DNA of 64,000 nt from Macrostomum lignano (Eukaryota): the NCBI GenBank assembly GCA_002269645.1, contig NIVC01000012.1, positions 62,001 through 126,000 on the forward strand, in the 5' to 3' direction. Positions 1 to 12,924 of this stretch are shown here, one piece after another. The stretch's first letter is position 1, and each line of letters starts with the position of its first letter. A program made the position numbers and the translations under genes. Under the pieces are notes generated by a model that was not told the origin of the DNA, did not search any database, and was given only the letters and a program-made list of their open reading frames with translations.

Positions 1-192
1 ATCATATAATAACTAAATTGATTGCTAGACTCAATAATGATTTCCACATGTGCGAATCAGATTGCAGGAATCTAGAAACTGACTATGTGTACCGCGCTAT
101 TGACTGGGAAATGCTATAAAAAAGCGATTTTTAAAATTAAAGATAAAATGGCGATTTTTTAAACTGAAGATCAACCGGCCACTTCCTCTCAC

Positions 193-697
193 CTGTTAGC
201 AGGAAGCACATCAGCGCAATGATAGCCGTGTAGCCAAAGAACAGGCAGGCAGACACGGCGCCGTCCACTGCCATTTTGGTTGCGTAATAGTGCACCGAGT
301 ACAGCAGCAGGTAGATGGAGGTGGCACCACCAGTCAGGTACGCCCGCCACCACCACCTGTGATTCTCGGCGCAGAGCTGGAAATAGCAGAGCAATACGGC
401 GGTCTCCGAGCACGTGATTAGCAAGATGAGAAAGGCCAGGAACAGGAAGCCGAACATGTAGAACACCTCCGTGCCCCAGATGGAGTTGAAGATCAGGTGC
501 AGCTGGATGAAGATGCACCCGAATGGCAGGATGCCGCCGGCCAGGATGGATGGCGCGGTGCGCAGGAACAGCGACTGGCGGGGCACCTGCGGATTCACCA
601 GGTTCACTTGTTAGTTAGTCAGTCAGTCAGTCAGTCAGTCAGTCAGTCAGTCAGTCAGTCAGTCAGTCAGTCAGTCAGTCAGTCAGTCAGTCAGTCA

Positions 698-730
<33 letters not shown>

Positions 731-3700
731 ACCACAGCAGGATTTGACCACAGCAGGATTTGCACCGACCTGTCTGGGAATTTGGTTGACCCGCACCGGC
801 AGTTCAATAACTGACTTCTTGTAGCCAAAATAGGCCCCGGCAAAGCACAGCGGAACTGACACACAGAGCCACAGGGCTAGCAAGCCAACAATAGTGGCGA
901 ATGGCACGGCCGCTGAGCTGCCCTTGGCCCACAGCATCAGGTTCAGGATGAAGAATACTCCGAACACCAGGCCCGGGCAGAGCAGGGCTGTCAGCAGCAC
1001 CTGCGGGTGGGGTGATGGCGATTCTTGATAGGGTTGTGGGGCGATTCCTGATGGGTTTGTGGGGCGATTCTTGATGGGGTTGTGGGGCGATTCCTGATGG
1101 GGTTGTGGGGCGATTCTTGATAGGGTTGTGGGGCGATTCCTGATGGGGTTGTGGGGCGATTCTTGATGGGGTTGTGGAGCGATTCCTGATGGGGTTGTGG
1201 GGCGATTCTTGATGGGGTTGTGGGGCGAATCCTGATGGGGTTATGGGGCGATTCCTGATGGGGTTGTGGGGCGATTCTTGATGGGGTTGTGGGGCGAATC
1301 CTGATGGGGTTATGGGGCGATTCCTGATGGGGTTGTGGGGCGATTCTTGATGGGGTTTGTGGGGCCATTTTTGGTAGGGTTGTGGGGCGATTCTTGGTAG
1401 GGCTGTGTGGCGATTCTCGATGGGGTTGTCGGGCGATTCTTGGTAGGGCTGTGTGGCGATTCTCGATGAGGTTGTCGGGCGATTCTTGGTAGGGCTGTGT
1501 GGCGATTCTCGATGAGGTTGTGGGGCGATTCTTGATGGGGTTAGGGGGCGATTTTTGATGGGGTTGTGGGGCGATTCTTGATGGGGTTGTGGGGCAATTC
1601 TTGATGCGGTTGTGCGGCGATTCTCGATGGGGTTGTGTGGCGATTCTCGATGGGGTTGTGGGGGGCGATTCTTGATGGGGTTGTGGGGCTATTTTTTGGG
1701 GTGAGGCCTTGGGCGATTTTCGGGGTGAGGCTGTGGGGCGATTCTCAATCCAACTGCACAAAACTCATACAAAAATTGTTCGCTCACCTGAGTCTTCCAA
1801 GCCACGCCCTGGAACCGCTTGTACAGCCGGGCGGACACGTAGCCAGCCGGGGAGCCCAGCAGGGGGTACAGCACCACAGCGCAGGTCATCAGGGCGCCGC
1901 GGTTGGCCGGGCTGAGAAATCCGAGACAGGCAAATGCCAGGGTGATCACCGACATGCAGGCCACCTTGGGGCAAGTTTAGTAAATCATAGGTGAAATACA
2001 AATACCATAAATATATGATGGAACTGCTGAAACTGTCTCTCCGCTCCTCCCTCAGTCCCTGAGTCTGCCTCTCCGCTCCTCCCTCAGTCCCTGAGTCTGC
2101 CTCTTCGCTCCTCCCTCAGTCCCTGAGTCTACCTCTCCGCTCCTCCTTCAGTCCCTGAGTCTGCCTCTTCGCTCCTCCCTCAGTCCCTGAGTCTACCTCT
2201 CCGCTCCTCCCTCAGTCCCTGAGTCTGCCTCTCCGCTCCTCCCTCAGTACCTGAGTCTGTCTCTCCGCTCCTCCCTCAGTCCCTGAGTCTACCTCTCCGC
2301 TCCTCCCTCAGTCCCTGAGTCTGCCTCTCCGCTCCTCCCTCAGTCCCTGAGTCTGCCTCTCCGCTCCTCCCTCAGTCCCTGAGTCTACCTCTCCGCTCCT
2401 CCCTCAGTCCCTGAGTCTGCCTCTCCGCTCCTCCCTCAGCCCTCCCCTCACCTGAGCCCCAGACCCGGTCAACACGCAGAGCAGCAGGGGGCAGTCGGGC
2501 GTCCTGAACACATCAGCGTGAACCAGCTTCCAGCCAAACTCCTCAGCCGCATCTTCAAGCTGCTGCTGGGAAGCTCCCACGCCATTATTGTTATACCTGG
2601 CAATGTCTTTGTGCAATGTGCGCAGCAGGATCATGGCCACCATGCCGCTAAGGAATATAACAATGACCAGAGCGTTGATCAGCGTGAACCACTGGATGCT
2701 GGAGTGCGGCATGGACTGCAGTATGTAGTCCCAGCGAGAGCTCCAACGAATTTTATCGTCGCGAATGAAGTTGACAGAGTAGGTATAGGTTATCTGCCGG
2801 GTGAACAGATAGAGAAAATAGCTGCGTTAGATAATGTGATGGAATCATATACTAATGTGTGTTAAAGTATTTTATATGACTGACGGACGAGTGTTAGATA
2901 TGGTAGATTAAGGTGTTAGATATGACAGACTGGGTGTTAGATATGACAGACTGGGTGTTAAATATTACGGACTGGGTGTTAAATTTATCGGATTGGGTGT
3001 TAGATATGGTAGAATGGTAGATTAAGGTGTTAGATATGACAGACGAGTGTTAGATATGATGGACTGGGTGTTAGATATGACAGACTGGGTGTTAGATATG
3101 GTAGATTAAGGTGTTAGATATGATGGACTGGGTGTTAGATATGACGGACTGGGTGTTAGATACGATAGACGGGTGTTAGATATGACGCACTTGGTGTTAG
3201 ATATGGCGGACTGGGTGTTAGACACATTAAGATCGCAAACGTATTTTGCAACATATTGTTGCAGAAAACATTGAAGATAAGAAGACACAAGGACCCAAAG
3301 CTGTAGCTAACCTTCAGCTCCTTGTCCAGAGCCTTCTCAATGGGTATAGCCAAAGCCGGCTGACTAGCACTTGAGCAGTCGAGTGAGGCCAACCCAGCCG
3401 AATGCGCCAGACTCATTGGCTCAGCCCTGACAGAAATCACTCGGCCAGCATTCTCCAGACTGTCACCCCAGCTCGAACCGGCGCTGCCGTGATAGGTCAC
3501 CGTCAGGTTGACGTGGTTGAACACGTAGGCTGTGTTAGCCGAGCTCAAACGCGAGTCGAATGAAAATGAGGCGCAAGCGTCGCGACGTTCGCCGTTGCTA
3601 GACACGTAGCAACCGAGTGGGAAACTGGGCAGGCACAGCTGGGAGTGCGGGGTGACGTTTTGAATTTGATTGAAGACAGGCATGCATTCTGTGACTCTGA

Positions 3701-6700
3701 TGGGGCGCCATTCTGTGACTCTGATGGGGGCGCCATCTGTGACTCTGATGGGGGCGCCATCTGTGATTCTGATGGGGCGCCATTCTGTGACTCTGATGGG
3801 GCGCCATTCCGTGACTCTGATGGGGCGCCATTCTGTGACTCTGATGGGGGCGCCATCTGTGACTCTGATGGGGGCGCCATCTGTGATTCTGATGGGGCGC
3901 CATTCTGTGACTCTGATGGGGGCGCCATCTGTGACTCTGATGGGGCGCTATTCTATGACTCTGATGGGGGCGCTTTTCTGTGACTCTGATGGGGCGCCAT
4001 TCTGTGACTCTGATGGGGCGCTATTCTGTGACTCTGATGGGGGCGCCATTCTGTGACTCTGATGGGGCGCCATTCTGTGACTCTGATGGGGCGCCATTCT
4101 GTGACTCTGATGGGGTGCCATTCTGTGACTCTGATGGGGTGCCATTCTGTGACTCTGATGGGGCGCCATTCTGTGACTCTGATGGGGCGCCATTCTGTGA
4201 CTCTGATGGGGCGCCATTCAGTGACTCTGATGGGGGCGCCATTCTGTGACTCTGATGTGGCGCCATTCTGTAAGTCTGATGGGGGCGCCATTCTGCAAAT
4301 CCGATGGGGGCGCCATTCTGTAAATCCGATGGGGGCGCCATTCTGTAAATCCGATGGGGGCGCCATTCTGTAAATCCGATGGGAGCGCCATTCTGTAAAT
4401 CTTATGGTGCGTCATTCTGTAAATCCGATGGGGGCGCCATTCTGTAAGTCTGATGGTGGCGCCATTCTGTGGCTCTGATGGGGGCGCCATTCTGTGGCTC
4501 TGATGGGGGCGCCATTCTGTAAATCTGATGGGGCGCCATTCTGTAAGTCTGATGGGGGCGCCATTCTGTGGCTCTGATGGGGGCGCCATTCTGTGGCTCT
4601 GATGGGGGCGCCATTCTGTGACTCTGATGGGGTGCCATTCTGTGACTCTGATGGGGTGCCATTCTGTGACTCTGATGGGGCGCCATTCTGTGACTCTGAT
4701 GGGGCGCCATTCTGTGACTCTGATGGGGCGCCATTCAGTGACTCTGATGGGGGCGCCATTCTGTGACTCTGATGTGCCGCCATTCTGTAAGTCTGATGGG
4801 GGCGCCATTCTGCAAATCCGATGGGGGCGCCATTCTGTGACTCTGATGGGGTGCCATTCTGTGACTCTGATGGGGCGCCATTCTGTGACTCTGATGGGGC
4901 GCCATTCTGTGACTCTGATGGGGCGCCATTCAGTGACTCTGATGGGGGCGCCATTCTGTGACTCTGATGTGGCGCCATTCTGTAAGTCTGATGGGGCGCC
5001 ATTCTGTGACTCTGATGGGGTGCCATTCTGTGACTCTGATGGGGTGCCATTCTGTGACTCTGATGGGGCGCCATTCTGTGACTCTGATGGGGCGCCATTC
5101 TGTGACTCTGATGGGGCGCCATTCAGTGACTCTGATGGGGGCGCCATTCTGTGACTCTGATGTGGCGCCATTCTGTAAGTCTGATGGGGGCGCCATTCTG
5201 TAAATCCGATGGGGGCGCCATTCTGTAAATCCGATGGGGGCGCCATTCTGTAAATCCGATGGGGGCGCCATTCTGTAAATCCGATGGGAGCGCCATTCTG
5301 TAAATCTTATGGTGCGCCATTCTGTAAATCCGATGGGGGCGCCATTCTGTAAGTCTGATGGTGGCGCCATTCTGTGGCTCTGATGGGGGCGCCATTCTGT
5401 GGCTCTGATGGGGGCGCCATTCTGTAAATCTGATGGGGCGCCATTCTGTAAGTCTGATGGGGGCGCCATTCTGTGGCTCTGATGGGGGCGCCATTCTGTG
5501 GCTCTGATGGGGGCGCCATTCTGTGACTCTGATGGGGTGCCATTCTGTGACTCTGATGGGGTGCCATTCTGTGACTCTGATGGGGCGCCATTCTGTGACT
5601 CTGATGGGGCGCCATTCTGTGACTCTGATGGGGCGCCATTCAGTGACTCTGATGGGGGCGCCATTCTGTGACTCTGATGTGGCGCCATTCTGTAAGTCTG
5701 ATGGGGGCGCCATTCTGCAAATCCGATGGGGGCGCCATTCTGTAAATCCGATGGGGGCACCATTCTGTAAATCCGATGGGGGCGCCATTCTGTAAATCCG
5801 ATGGGGGCGCCATTCTGTAAATCTTTTGGTGCGCCATTCTGTAAATCCGATGGGGGCGCCATTCTGTAAGTCTGATGGTGGCGCCATTCTGTGGCTCTGA
5901 TGGGGGCGCCATTCTGTGGCTCTGATGGGGGCGCCATTCTGTAAATCTGATGGGGCGCCATTCTGTAAGTCTGATGGGGGCGCCATTCTGTGGCTCTGAT
6001 GGGGCGCCATTCTGTGGCTCTGATGGGGGCGCCATTCTGTGACTCTGATGGGGTGCCATTCTGTGACTCTGATGGGGTGCCATTCTGTGACTCTGATGGG
6101 GCGCCATTCTGTGACTCTGATGGGGCGCCATTCTGTGACTCTGATGGGGCGCCATTCAGTGACTCTGATGGGGGCGCCATTCTGTGACTCTGATGTGGCG
6201 CCATTCTGTAAGTCTGATGGGGGCGCCATTCTGCAAATCCGATGGGGGCGCCATTCTGTAAATCCGATGGGGGCACCATTCTGTAAATCCGATGGGGGCG
6301 CCATTCTGTAAATCCGATGGGGGCGCCATTCTGTAAATCTTATGGTGCGCCATTCTGTAAATCCGATGGGGGCGCCATTCTGTAAGTCTGATGGGGGCGC
6401 CATTCTGTGGCTCTGATGGGGGCGCCATTCTGTGGCTCTGATGGGGGCGCCATTCTGTAAATCTTATGGTGCGCCATTCTGTAAATCCGATGGGGGCGCC
6501 ATTCTGTAAGTCTGATGGGGGCGCCATTCTGTGGCTCTGATGGGGGCGCCATTCTGTGGCTCTGATGGGGGCGCCATTCTGTAAATCTGATGGGGCGCCA
6601 TTCTGTAAGTCTGATGGGGGCGCCATTCTGTGGCTCTGATGGGGGCGCCATTCTGTGGCTCTGATGGGGGCGCCATTCTGTGGCTCTGATGGGGCGCCAT

Positions 6701-8842
6701 TCTGTAAATCTGATGGGGCGCCATTCTGTAAGTCTGCTGGGGGCGCCATAAAGTGCCATAAAGAGGATTTCTGAGCAGCATAATCTAAGAATAGTTTAGA
6801 ACTAACCTGTTTCTTCTGATCCTCAGACAGCAGGCACCAAGTCACAGGCAGATTGTCCACTATCCAGTGCTGCTGATAATTAAGTAAAATGCCATTCTTT
6901 AAGAATTGCAGTTTAGCCATTGACGCAGAATCGGAGGGCTTGTAGACCTTGGTGCAGACTGGAATGCAGGACTGAGGCTCAAGAAATTTGATAGAATATG
7001 GTGAGAGGCGAATCCTCTCTCCAAACAGCACCTGGCCAAGATTTTCAACTGGATTGGCAGCTGTTGAGTTTGACTGACAGAAGTCAAATCTGTGATGCAA
7101 AATGTTGGTTTATAAGTATTATATTTCTGTTTTCAAATTTGTACACAAAAATCAATAACTAAATGGCTTACTTATCATATTCATAGGATAGAATAGATTT
7201 AGCAGAATCTAGCCGGTTCACATATAGTGGCAAGTTTGACTGAAGTAAGAATATGGGTTAGTGTATATATTTAATTGTGTTCAACATATAACTTCTATAG
7301 TCATACATAGACACTATATAGTTCAGAAGGTAACAAAATATAAATACCAATTATTTTTCAACTCTATTAAAACTTAGTAAAAGTAAAAAGACACAATGAT
7401 ATAATTGATAATAAAAATGTTGCAAAACCTAACCAAGATTAAATTTTTTTATTGAATATCCAATTTCTTAGTAAAAATAGTTTTTATAGCAAATATTTTA
7501 ATAAAGAAAAAACTTTTAAAAAAACAAAAAATTAATTCTTAATAATACATGAATATATGTTACAATAAATATGAGTATGTCACTAAATTGGTATGTGAAA
7601 AAACTCTTATTACATTTACCTATATATTAGCAATGTGGATCAATCTTTATATAGATCAATCTATCTATATATCAAAGCTATCGTGAAATCTACTTTTAAT
7701 ATAAATTTTAAATTATTAGAAAAGTATATAAATAAAACAAATTCTAAACTTAGAATGTAGTAAAAATTTTACCATTATCAAAGTAAAACAAAATAATAAT
7801 ATTTATTATGGCAGTTGTTATTTGTCCGGTGACCGGACGAATAGCCTTTTTGCTATTTGTCCGGTTAAATTGCTAATACAAATATCTTATTTGTTTCGTG
7901 ATGAATATTCTAGATTTTTTTAGACCTTTTCTCGTATAAAGCAGTATATTCAATATGGCATAATTTGGTGTATAAGACACACACTAGTATAACAATATAA
8001 TTATCAAGACACGAGTAAGAAGTCTTTGAAGTCTAGGAATATTTACCCTTGTGGTTTTTATAAACTAGATATTTTAGCATTATCAATTTAACCGGACAAA
8101 TAACAAAATGTCTATTTGTCCAGTATTAACCGGATGAATAGGAAAGCATGGTCAGGATCCAGTAACCAGACAAATAACCACATTGCTATTTGTCCGGTCA
8201 CCGGACAAATAACAACTGCCATTTATTATAGTATAATTATTAAAAGTACAACTACAAGCATAGTACAAAATATTCTTATACTACATACAATCAATAATAA
8301 TATAATAGGCCTACAAGGCATACTAGGCCTATTAATATACATATCCTAACCAATAATCTAGGATATTATATAACTGGAACTGTGAATATAATTGTGATTA
8401 ATAATAGTTATTTAATTTAATAAATATATTTAAAACGAATTCAAAAGTTGTTGCCAAGCTTTAAAGTTGACAATTTATAAAATTTTGTTAGGGCTTAGGC
8501 CTAGAATTTAAGTGCTAGGCCTAGCCTAGAAACATTAATTTGACATTTTATCTATGTATGCTGATATATTCCTGATATAATAATAATCACTCAGGGCCTG
8601 TGACTATATTAACTTTAATTAGCCCAACATAAATAGTTACATATAATATATGTGGTAGAAGAGATCTAACGATACACAGAAATCAAATAGCCAAGTTAAA
8701 AATTAATAATTACCTGGCACGAAGCAGTTTTCCTAGTAGCCTCGGTGCAGTAATTGATAGGAGCTAATCCAGGTAGGTAGAAAGCAAATGTGGCTCGAAA
8801 AAGAAAAGTTAGACCTACTAGACAAATTTGAGCGACATGCAT
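193..8842 (-). CDS. TM9SF2: Transmembrane 9 superfamily member (TM9SF2-like), 8 exons in window; last coding exon lies left of position 1
   Basis: Exons 8842-8714, 7239-7172, 7089-6807, 3638-3312, 2793-2452, 1964-1788, 1000-770 and 586-193. All are GT-AG and phase-consistent (1951 nt). Signal peptide followed by [12 protein letters not shown]; also [75 protein letters not shown] and [13 protein letters not shown], all typical of the family. Confidence 0.93.
612..725. repeat. (AGTC)n microsatellite in a TM9SF2 intron
   Basis: About 28 tetranucleotide copies, seen directly. Confidence 0.95.
1010..1745. repeat. 23-bp minisatellite (GGGGTTGTGGGGCGATTCYTGAT), intronic
   Basis: Tandem units fill intron 1001-1787 and explain ORF 991..1761. 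Confidence 0.92.
2035..2445. repeat. 32-bp minisatellite (CTCCGCTCCTCCCTCAGTCCCTGAGTCTGCCT), intronic
   Basis: About 12 tandem units running up to the donor at 2451. Confidence 0.92.
2875..3225. repeat. 21-bp minisatellite (TGGGTGTTAGATATGACRGAC), intronic
   Basis: Tandem degenerate units in intron 2794-3311. Confidence 0.9.
3684..6748. repeat. About 3.1 kb 24/25-bp minisatellite (GGGGCGCCATTCTGTGACTCTGAT and variants) with higher-order blocks
   Basis: Fills intron 3639-6806. All ORFs between 3545 and 6781 are repeat-derived. Confidence 0.95.
7810..8220. mobile_element. Mutator-like MITE, 411 bp, in TM9SF2 intron 2 region (7240-8713)
   Basis: TIR GGCAGTTGTTATTTGTCCGGTGACCGGAC[G/A]AATAGC at both ends. 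Exact 9-bp flanking duplication ATTTATTAT (7801-7809, 8221-8229). Internal TATTTGTCCGG-type subterminal repeats. Confidence 0.85.
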
Positions 8843-9089
8843 TTTACTTTTTATATCATATGAACAATTCTGAAATCAAGACAAGTCCTTAATTTCCAAA
8901 AGATTCGATCGATTCTCTTGAAAATCTTAGAGTTTTCCATACTAAATTCGTGCGACTGTTTACTTAGGATTACGTCTGATCGTATTTTTCGGGTAAACTC
9001 GGAAACTCTGCAAACGGTTGGCCAGCATTCAAAACTGGAAGAGGTGTCTCTTGATCTAAAATTTAAAAGGATAAAAAATTTTGTATCAA

Positions 9090-9378
9090 CCCACGATATA
9101 AAAGTATAAAACATACGTCCATTTAATTGGGGGGATCGTAAGACGAAAGTGAGGGGGCGCCCAAAATTGGTTCGCGGTTTTTGCGGCTTTCAGTGGCTTC
9201 GCGGCTTTCGGTTCGCGGACATTGTAGAGGCTGAAATTGTTTGTTTAATTGAAACGTTGATTATACCGACAATTTCGTATAGGAAAAGCCGTGAAACCGC
9301 GAACCGATTCTGGGCGCCCCCCTCACTTTCGTCTTACGATCCCCCCAGTTAAATGGTCGTATGTTTTATATCGTAGGG
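9090..9378. mobile_element. Foldback / long inverted repeat upstream of TM9SF2
   Basis: Arms about 9105-9190 and 9285-9370 are near-perfect reverse complements (TATAAAACATACG.CCATTTAA.TGGGGGGATCGTAAGACGAAAGTGAGGGGGCGCCCA...). Confidence 0.7.
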
Positions 9379-10327
9379 TGTTCGTAAGACGAAAGTGAGT
9401 TCGGTTTTGTCTTGCGATCACCTACATATAATTTTACCATTTAATTGATCTTATGACGAAAGTGAATATAAGCTACGCGTTTCTACAAGACGCAATATTT
9501 AATACTACGATAAAAATACGCTTAGAGAAGTGGTCCTATTTTGAAGTTTGATTTTAGGAGCAATTTTAACTTAACTTTTTTGTCTTCTTATGTGGGATCG
9601 TATAACGAAAGTCCCGACTCCCATAGGGACAGTGCTATGTGATCGTAAAACGAAAGAATGCCGCAATTAGCGCATCTGTTCTCAGTTCCTGCAAATCTCA
9701 GCCTTTCGAACTGTAGGGCACTTCACACAGATGCTTGATCATTATTGATTGGTCTTCTTCGGCGATCAGGCCATAATTAAGATGCCAGCTCTTGAGCCCA
9801 AGACTCTCAATCAAGCCGGTGCTTAGGCGGGCATTTTTGTGCATGAAGATCATCTTACACTGGAGCTGAACCTCTTGTTTGAACAATGAGCGAATTTCGT
9901 TTCCAGAAACGCCTTGTCCGGGTGACGATCCATGACTTTCCCGCACCAGCATTACCTAGCTAAGAGCAGTCACAAAATGAACGGCGCTCCTTTCAGAGAC
10001 TTTTAGGTTTTGTCAGGCCAGCTATTCTTATTTATTTCTATATAAATAAGAATAGCTTCTAATTTCTTATGTAAGTTTAGGTTTTCCTACTACACATTAT
10101 AGCACAATAGCATTATCAATTAGGCATGATCAATGCTTGTGCATGGTACGCAATGTATATCATTATCTATACATAAGAATTATCTTGAATATAGCTACTG
10201 TACATACATAGAAGAAATGCAAAAATATGACAAAAAACTGACTGCAATGTTTATATTTTTATACAGTTATAAACATCAAGTCGATCCCATCCCACACTGT
10301 AAAAATGAAAGCCGCTTGGAATCAATA

Positions 10328-11362
10328 TTAATCTTCAGCACCATGGGGCAGTACAAAACAGTTAAACAGATAGTTATAGTCGATACTCTCAGCTGCAGTT
10401 AGCTGGCTGCGAGTGTACTCAATCAGCCGGCTCATGTACTTCAACAGTTGTGGTCCACCGCGGCCCTGAGCGTCGGTTCGATCAGCGAAGAACAACCTGG
10501 GCCAATCTGGACTGCCTTGACGCGGCTGCAGGCAGCGGCCTCTTCGCACGTGTTCAACAAAGCTCCACAATCGGGTCTTCAGCCGGGCCATGCCGCGACG
10601 CCGGCTGTCGCTATCCGAGCCCTGCATGCCGTCCCAGGGGAAACTGTTGCGCAAGAACCTGGCCACAATGTAGGCCGCTGATTCCAGATCGGTTAGGGGC
10701 GAGTTCACGCCCTGATGGCTGAACCGAGAAGCGTACCTGGTTTTGGGAGCACAGGGACGCGTCATAAGCTGCAGGAGTTAGGAATACTCAATTATGACTT
10801 GAAAACAAAATGGAGACGCAACCTTCAAAAAATCAAACCTTCGATTGCCCCATCGAGACCGAGTCTTGGATCTGTACTTGAGTGCCAGTCCGAAGTCCAC
10901 CAGGTAGACAATGTGACTCTTGTCGCCTCGCCCAAGCATGAGCTGGTCCAGCTTCAAATCGTTGTGGGTGACGCAGATTGGCTCCGCGTGGAGGAGCATC
11001 AGTCTGGTCAGCAGCTGCCTGGCAACGTCGAATACGAACGACAAAGGAAATGTTGCTGGGGAGCCGTCACTGTGGCCGCTTCTCGGAGGCGGTGGAAGAT
11101 CTGCGATTGTGAGGGGAGGCGCTTATTAAGCCCGCTTGCAGGCATCGACAGGGGGGGGGGGCAGCAAGAACTTCAGTTGTGGTTGGCTGTGCAGGAAGAA
11201 AATTCCTCGTATGCTGTCAAGTCGCGTGGTTATACAGTAAGGGAGACACTGATATAATAAAATGGAAGCAATGGCTTAAGGGCTGACGCTATAAGACATA
11301 CTACAAGACGCTAAGAAAAGACAACCAGACACCCAGACAGACAGACAGACAGACAGACAGGC

Positions 11363-11409
<47 letters not shown>

Positions 11410-12628
11410 TAGACAGACAGACAGACAGACAGACCTCAGACAAGACAGACATCCGGAGAAGACAGACAGACAACCCGGAAAAGACAGAAGGACCACCCGG
11501 ACAAGGCAGACACTCAGACAAGACAGACATCCGGACAAGACAGACAGACAACCCGGAAAAGACAGAAGGACCACCCGGACAAGGCAGACACTCAGACAAG
11601 ACAGACATCCGGACAAGACAGCCATGAGGCAGCTCACCTTGAAATCTCGCTCTCAAGTTTTCACCCAGCAGCTCCATGGCCAGGTAGTGGTGGCAGCGGT
11701 AGGCGGCCCCGCCGTCAGTGAAGCTGTCCCCAGTCTGCAGCGAGCCGAACAGGAACGGCTCCGGGAAGCCCTCCAGCCCGGCGCCGTAGCAGTTGAACAG
11801 CTCGGTGAGCAGGCGGAACTCCCCAGCCAGTTGGTATTTTCTTTTTCGCCTGTCAATGTTGAATTCAAATTTGACTGCCACCGGCTGGCCGCGGGTCAGC
11901 GCCAGCCGCCGCGAAGCCGAACCGGATGCTGGCGGTGCTATTTCGTCAGCATCGTCGAGTGCTGCCGATGCTGGAGGCTCGAGACGCCAGCTGGGCCACG
12001 AGATTGATGAAGGGAGCGAAGGAGTGGCAGCTGCTGCGGCCGCGGCCTTCAATTGTGGAGTGTGAGAGCGGGACAACAGACATCCGGCAGCATGTTTTCA
12101 AGGGCCTTGATGGTGTGATCGGTGCACGAAGCCGAGACTAAGCTGGGAGAATTGATATTTCACTTGGGATTTGTGTACAACGAAATTGCACAAAATTTCA
12201 CTAGAGGTTTACATGCCTCACAATGAGAAAGTCCGGGCGATTGTACACCCCATGTGAGCGTGTGTCTGCGTACTGTATTCCGAGAATAGGCAGCATTCCC
12301 TCCTACAGTTATTGTTATCATACTAAGCAGTGCAGGAACCCGTTCTCAACCAATATACCTGAGCCCTGGCGAGACAGCCAGCCGTGACGTCATCAACAGC
12401 CTCCGCCAGCAGCACCATACCGAAGGAGCCGACTCCAAGCGGCTGACTGTCCCGCCGCAGTTTAAACAGCGAACAAAATAATTTATCAGCTTCAGCCAGA
12501 GTTTCAAATTGTTTGCGCAGCTCCAGCTTGGCCAGGTCGAGCTGCTGCGCATAGCTCAGCTTGAGCTCATGGTTCCTCTGACTCTGCCGGTGGAACTTTT
12601 GCCAGGCTAGGCGCTTCGCCGCGTGCAT
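10328..12628 (-). CDS. Divergent casein kinase 1-family protein kinase (about 465 aa, 4 exons), possibly pseudokinase
   Basis: Exons 12628-12359, 12046-11638, 11100-10823 and 10768-10328 are phase-consistent. Motifs LGVGSFG, VAVKFE, LAMELLGENL, THNDLKLDQLML, VYLVDFGLA, TRYASRFSHQG, DLESAAY, FLRNSFPWDG and IDYNYL match CK1-type subdomains. Start codon and the 54-nt intron are uncertain. Confidence 0.75.
11335..11620. repeat. (CAGA)n microsatellite plus longer duplicated CAGA-rich units, intronic
   Basis: Seen directly, in kinase intron 11101-11637. Confidence 0.9.
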
Positions 12629-12924
12629 GGGTGTGCTGTGTTGTCTTGGCTGGCCTCCGGCTTCGGTCTGATGCCTCCCTCCGAAGGTTTGGGCTCATGG
12701 ATGAAGGACGTGTAATGGATTGCTAGCCTAGGTGGGCTCAAACGTTGAAGCAACTTTTGTTGGCTTTTTTACATAGACACTGGCTGCTGCGCATTGCAAA
12801 AGAGGAAGTTGCTGAGAAACTGCGGATGGAAGTCATGCCTTGATGTAAACACGGAGAGAGAAGCACTGAGAAGTAGACACGGAGAGCGTAGGCATTGAGT
12901 AGTAGATACGGAGAGAGTAGACAT

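Noticed and set aside
9698-9960. 84-aa ORF, with an overlapping frame reading LGNAGAGKS (P-loop-like)
   Set aside because: The P-loop frame stops after about 35 codons with no Walker B, and no family was recognised in the longer ORF. It could be an extra exon, but there is no support without a search.
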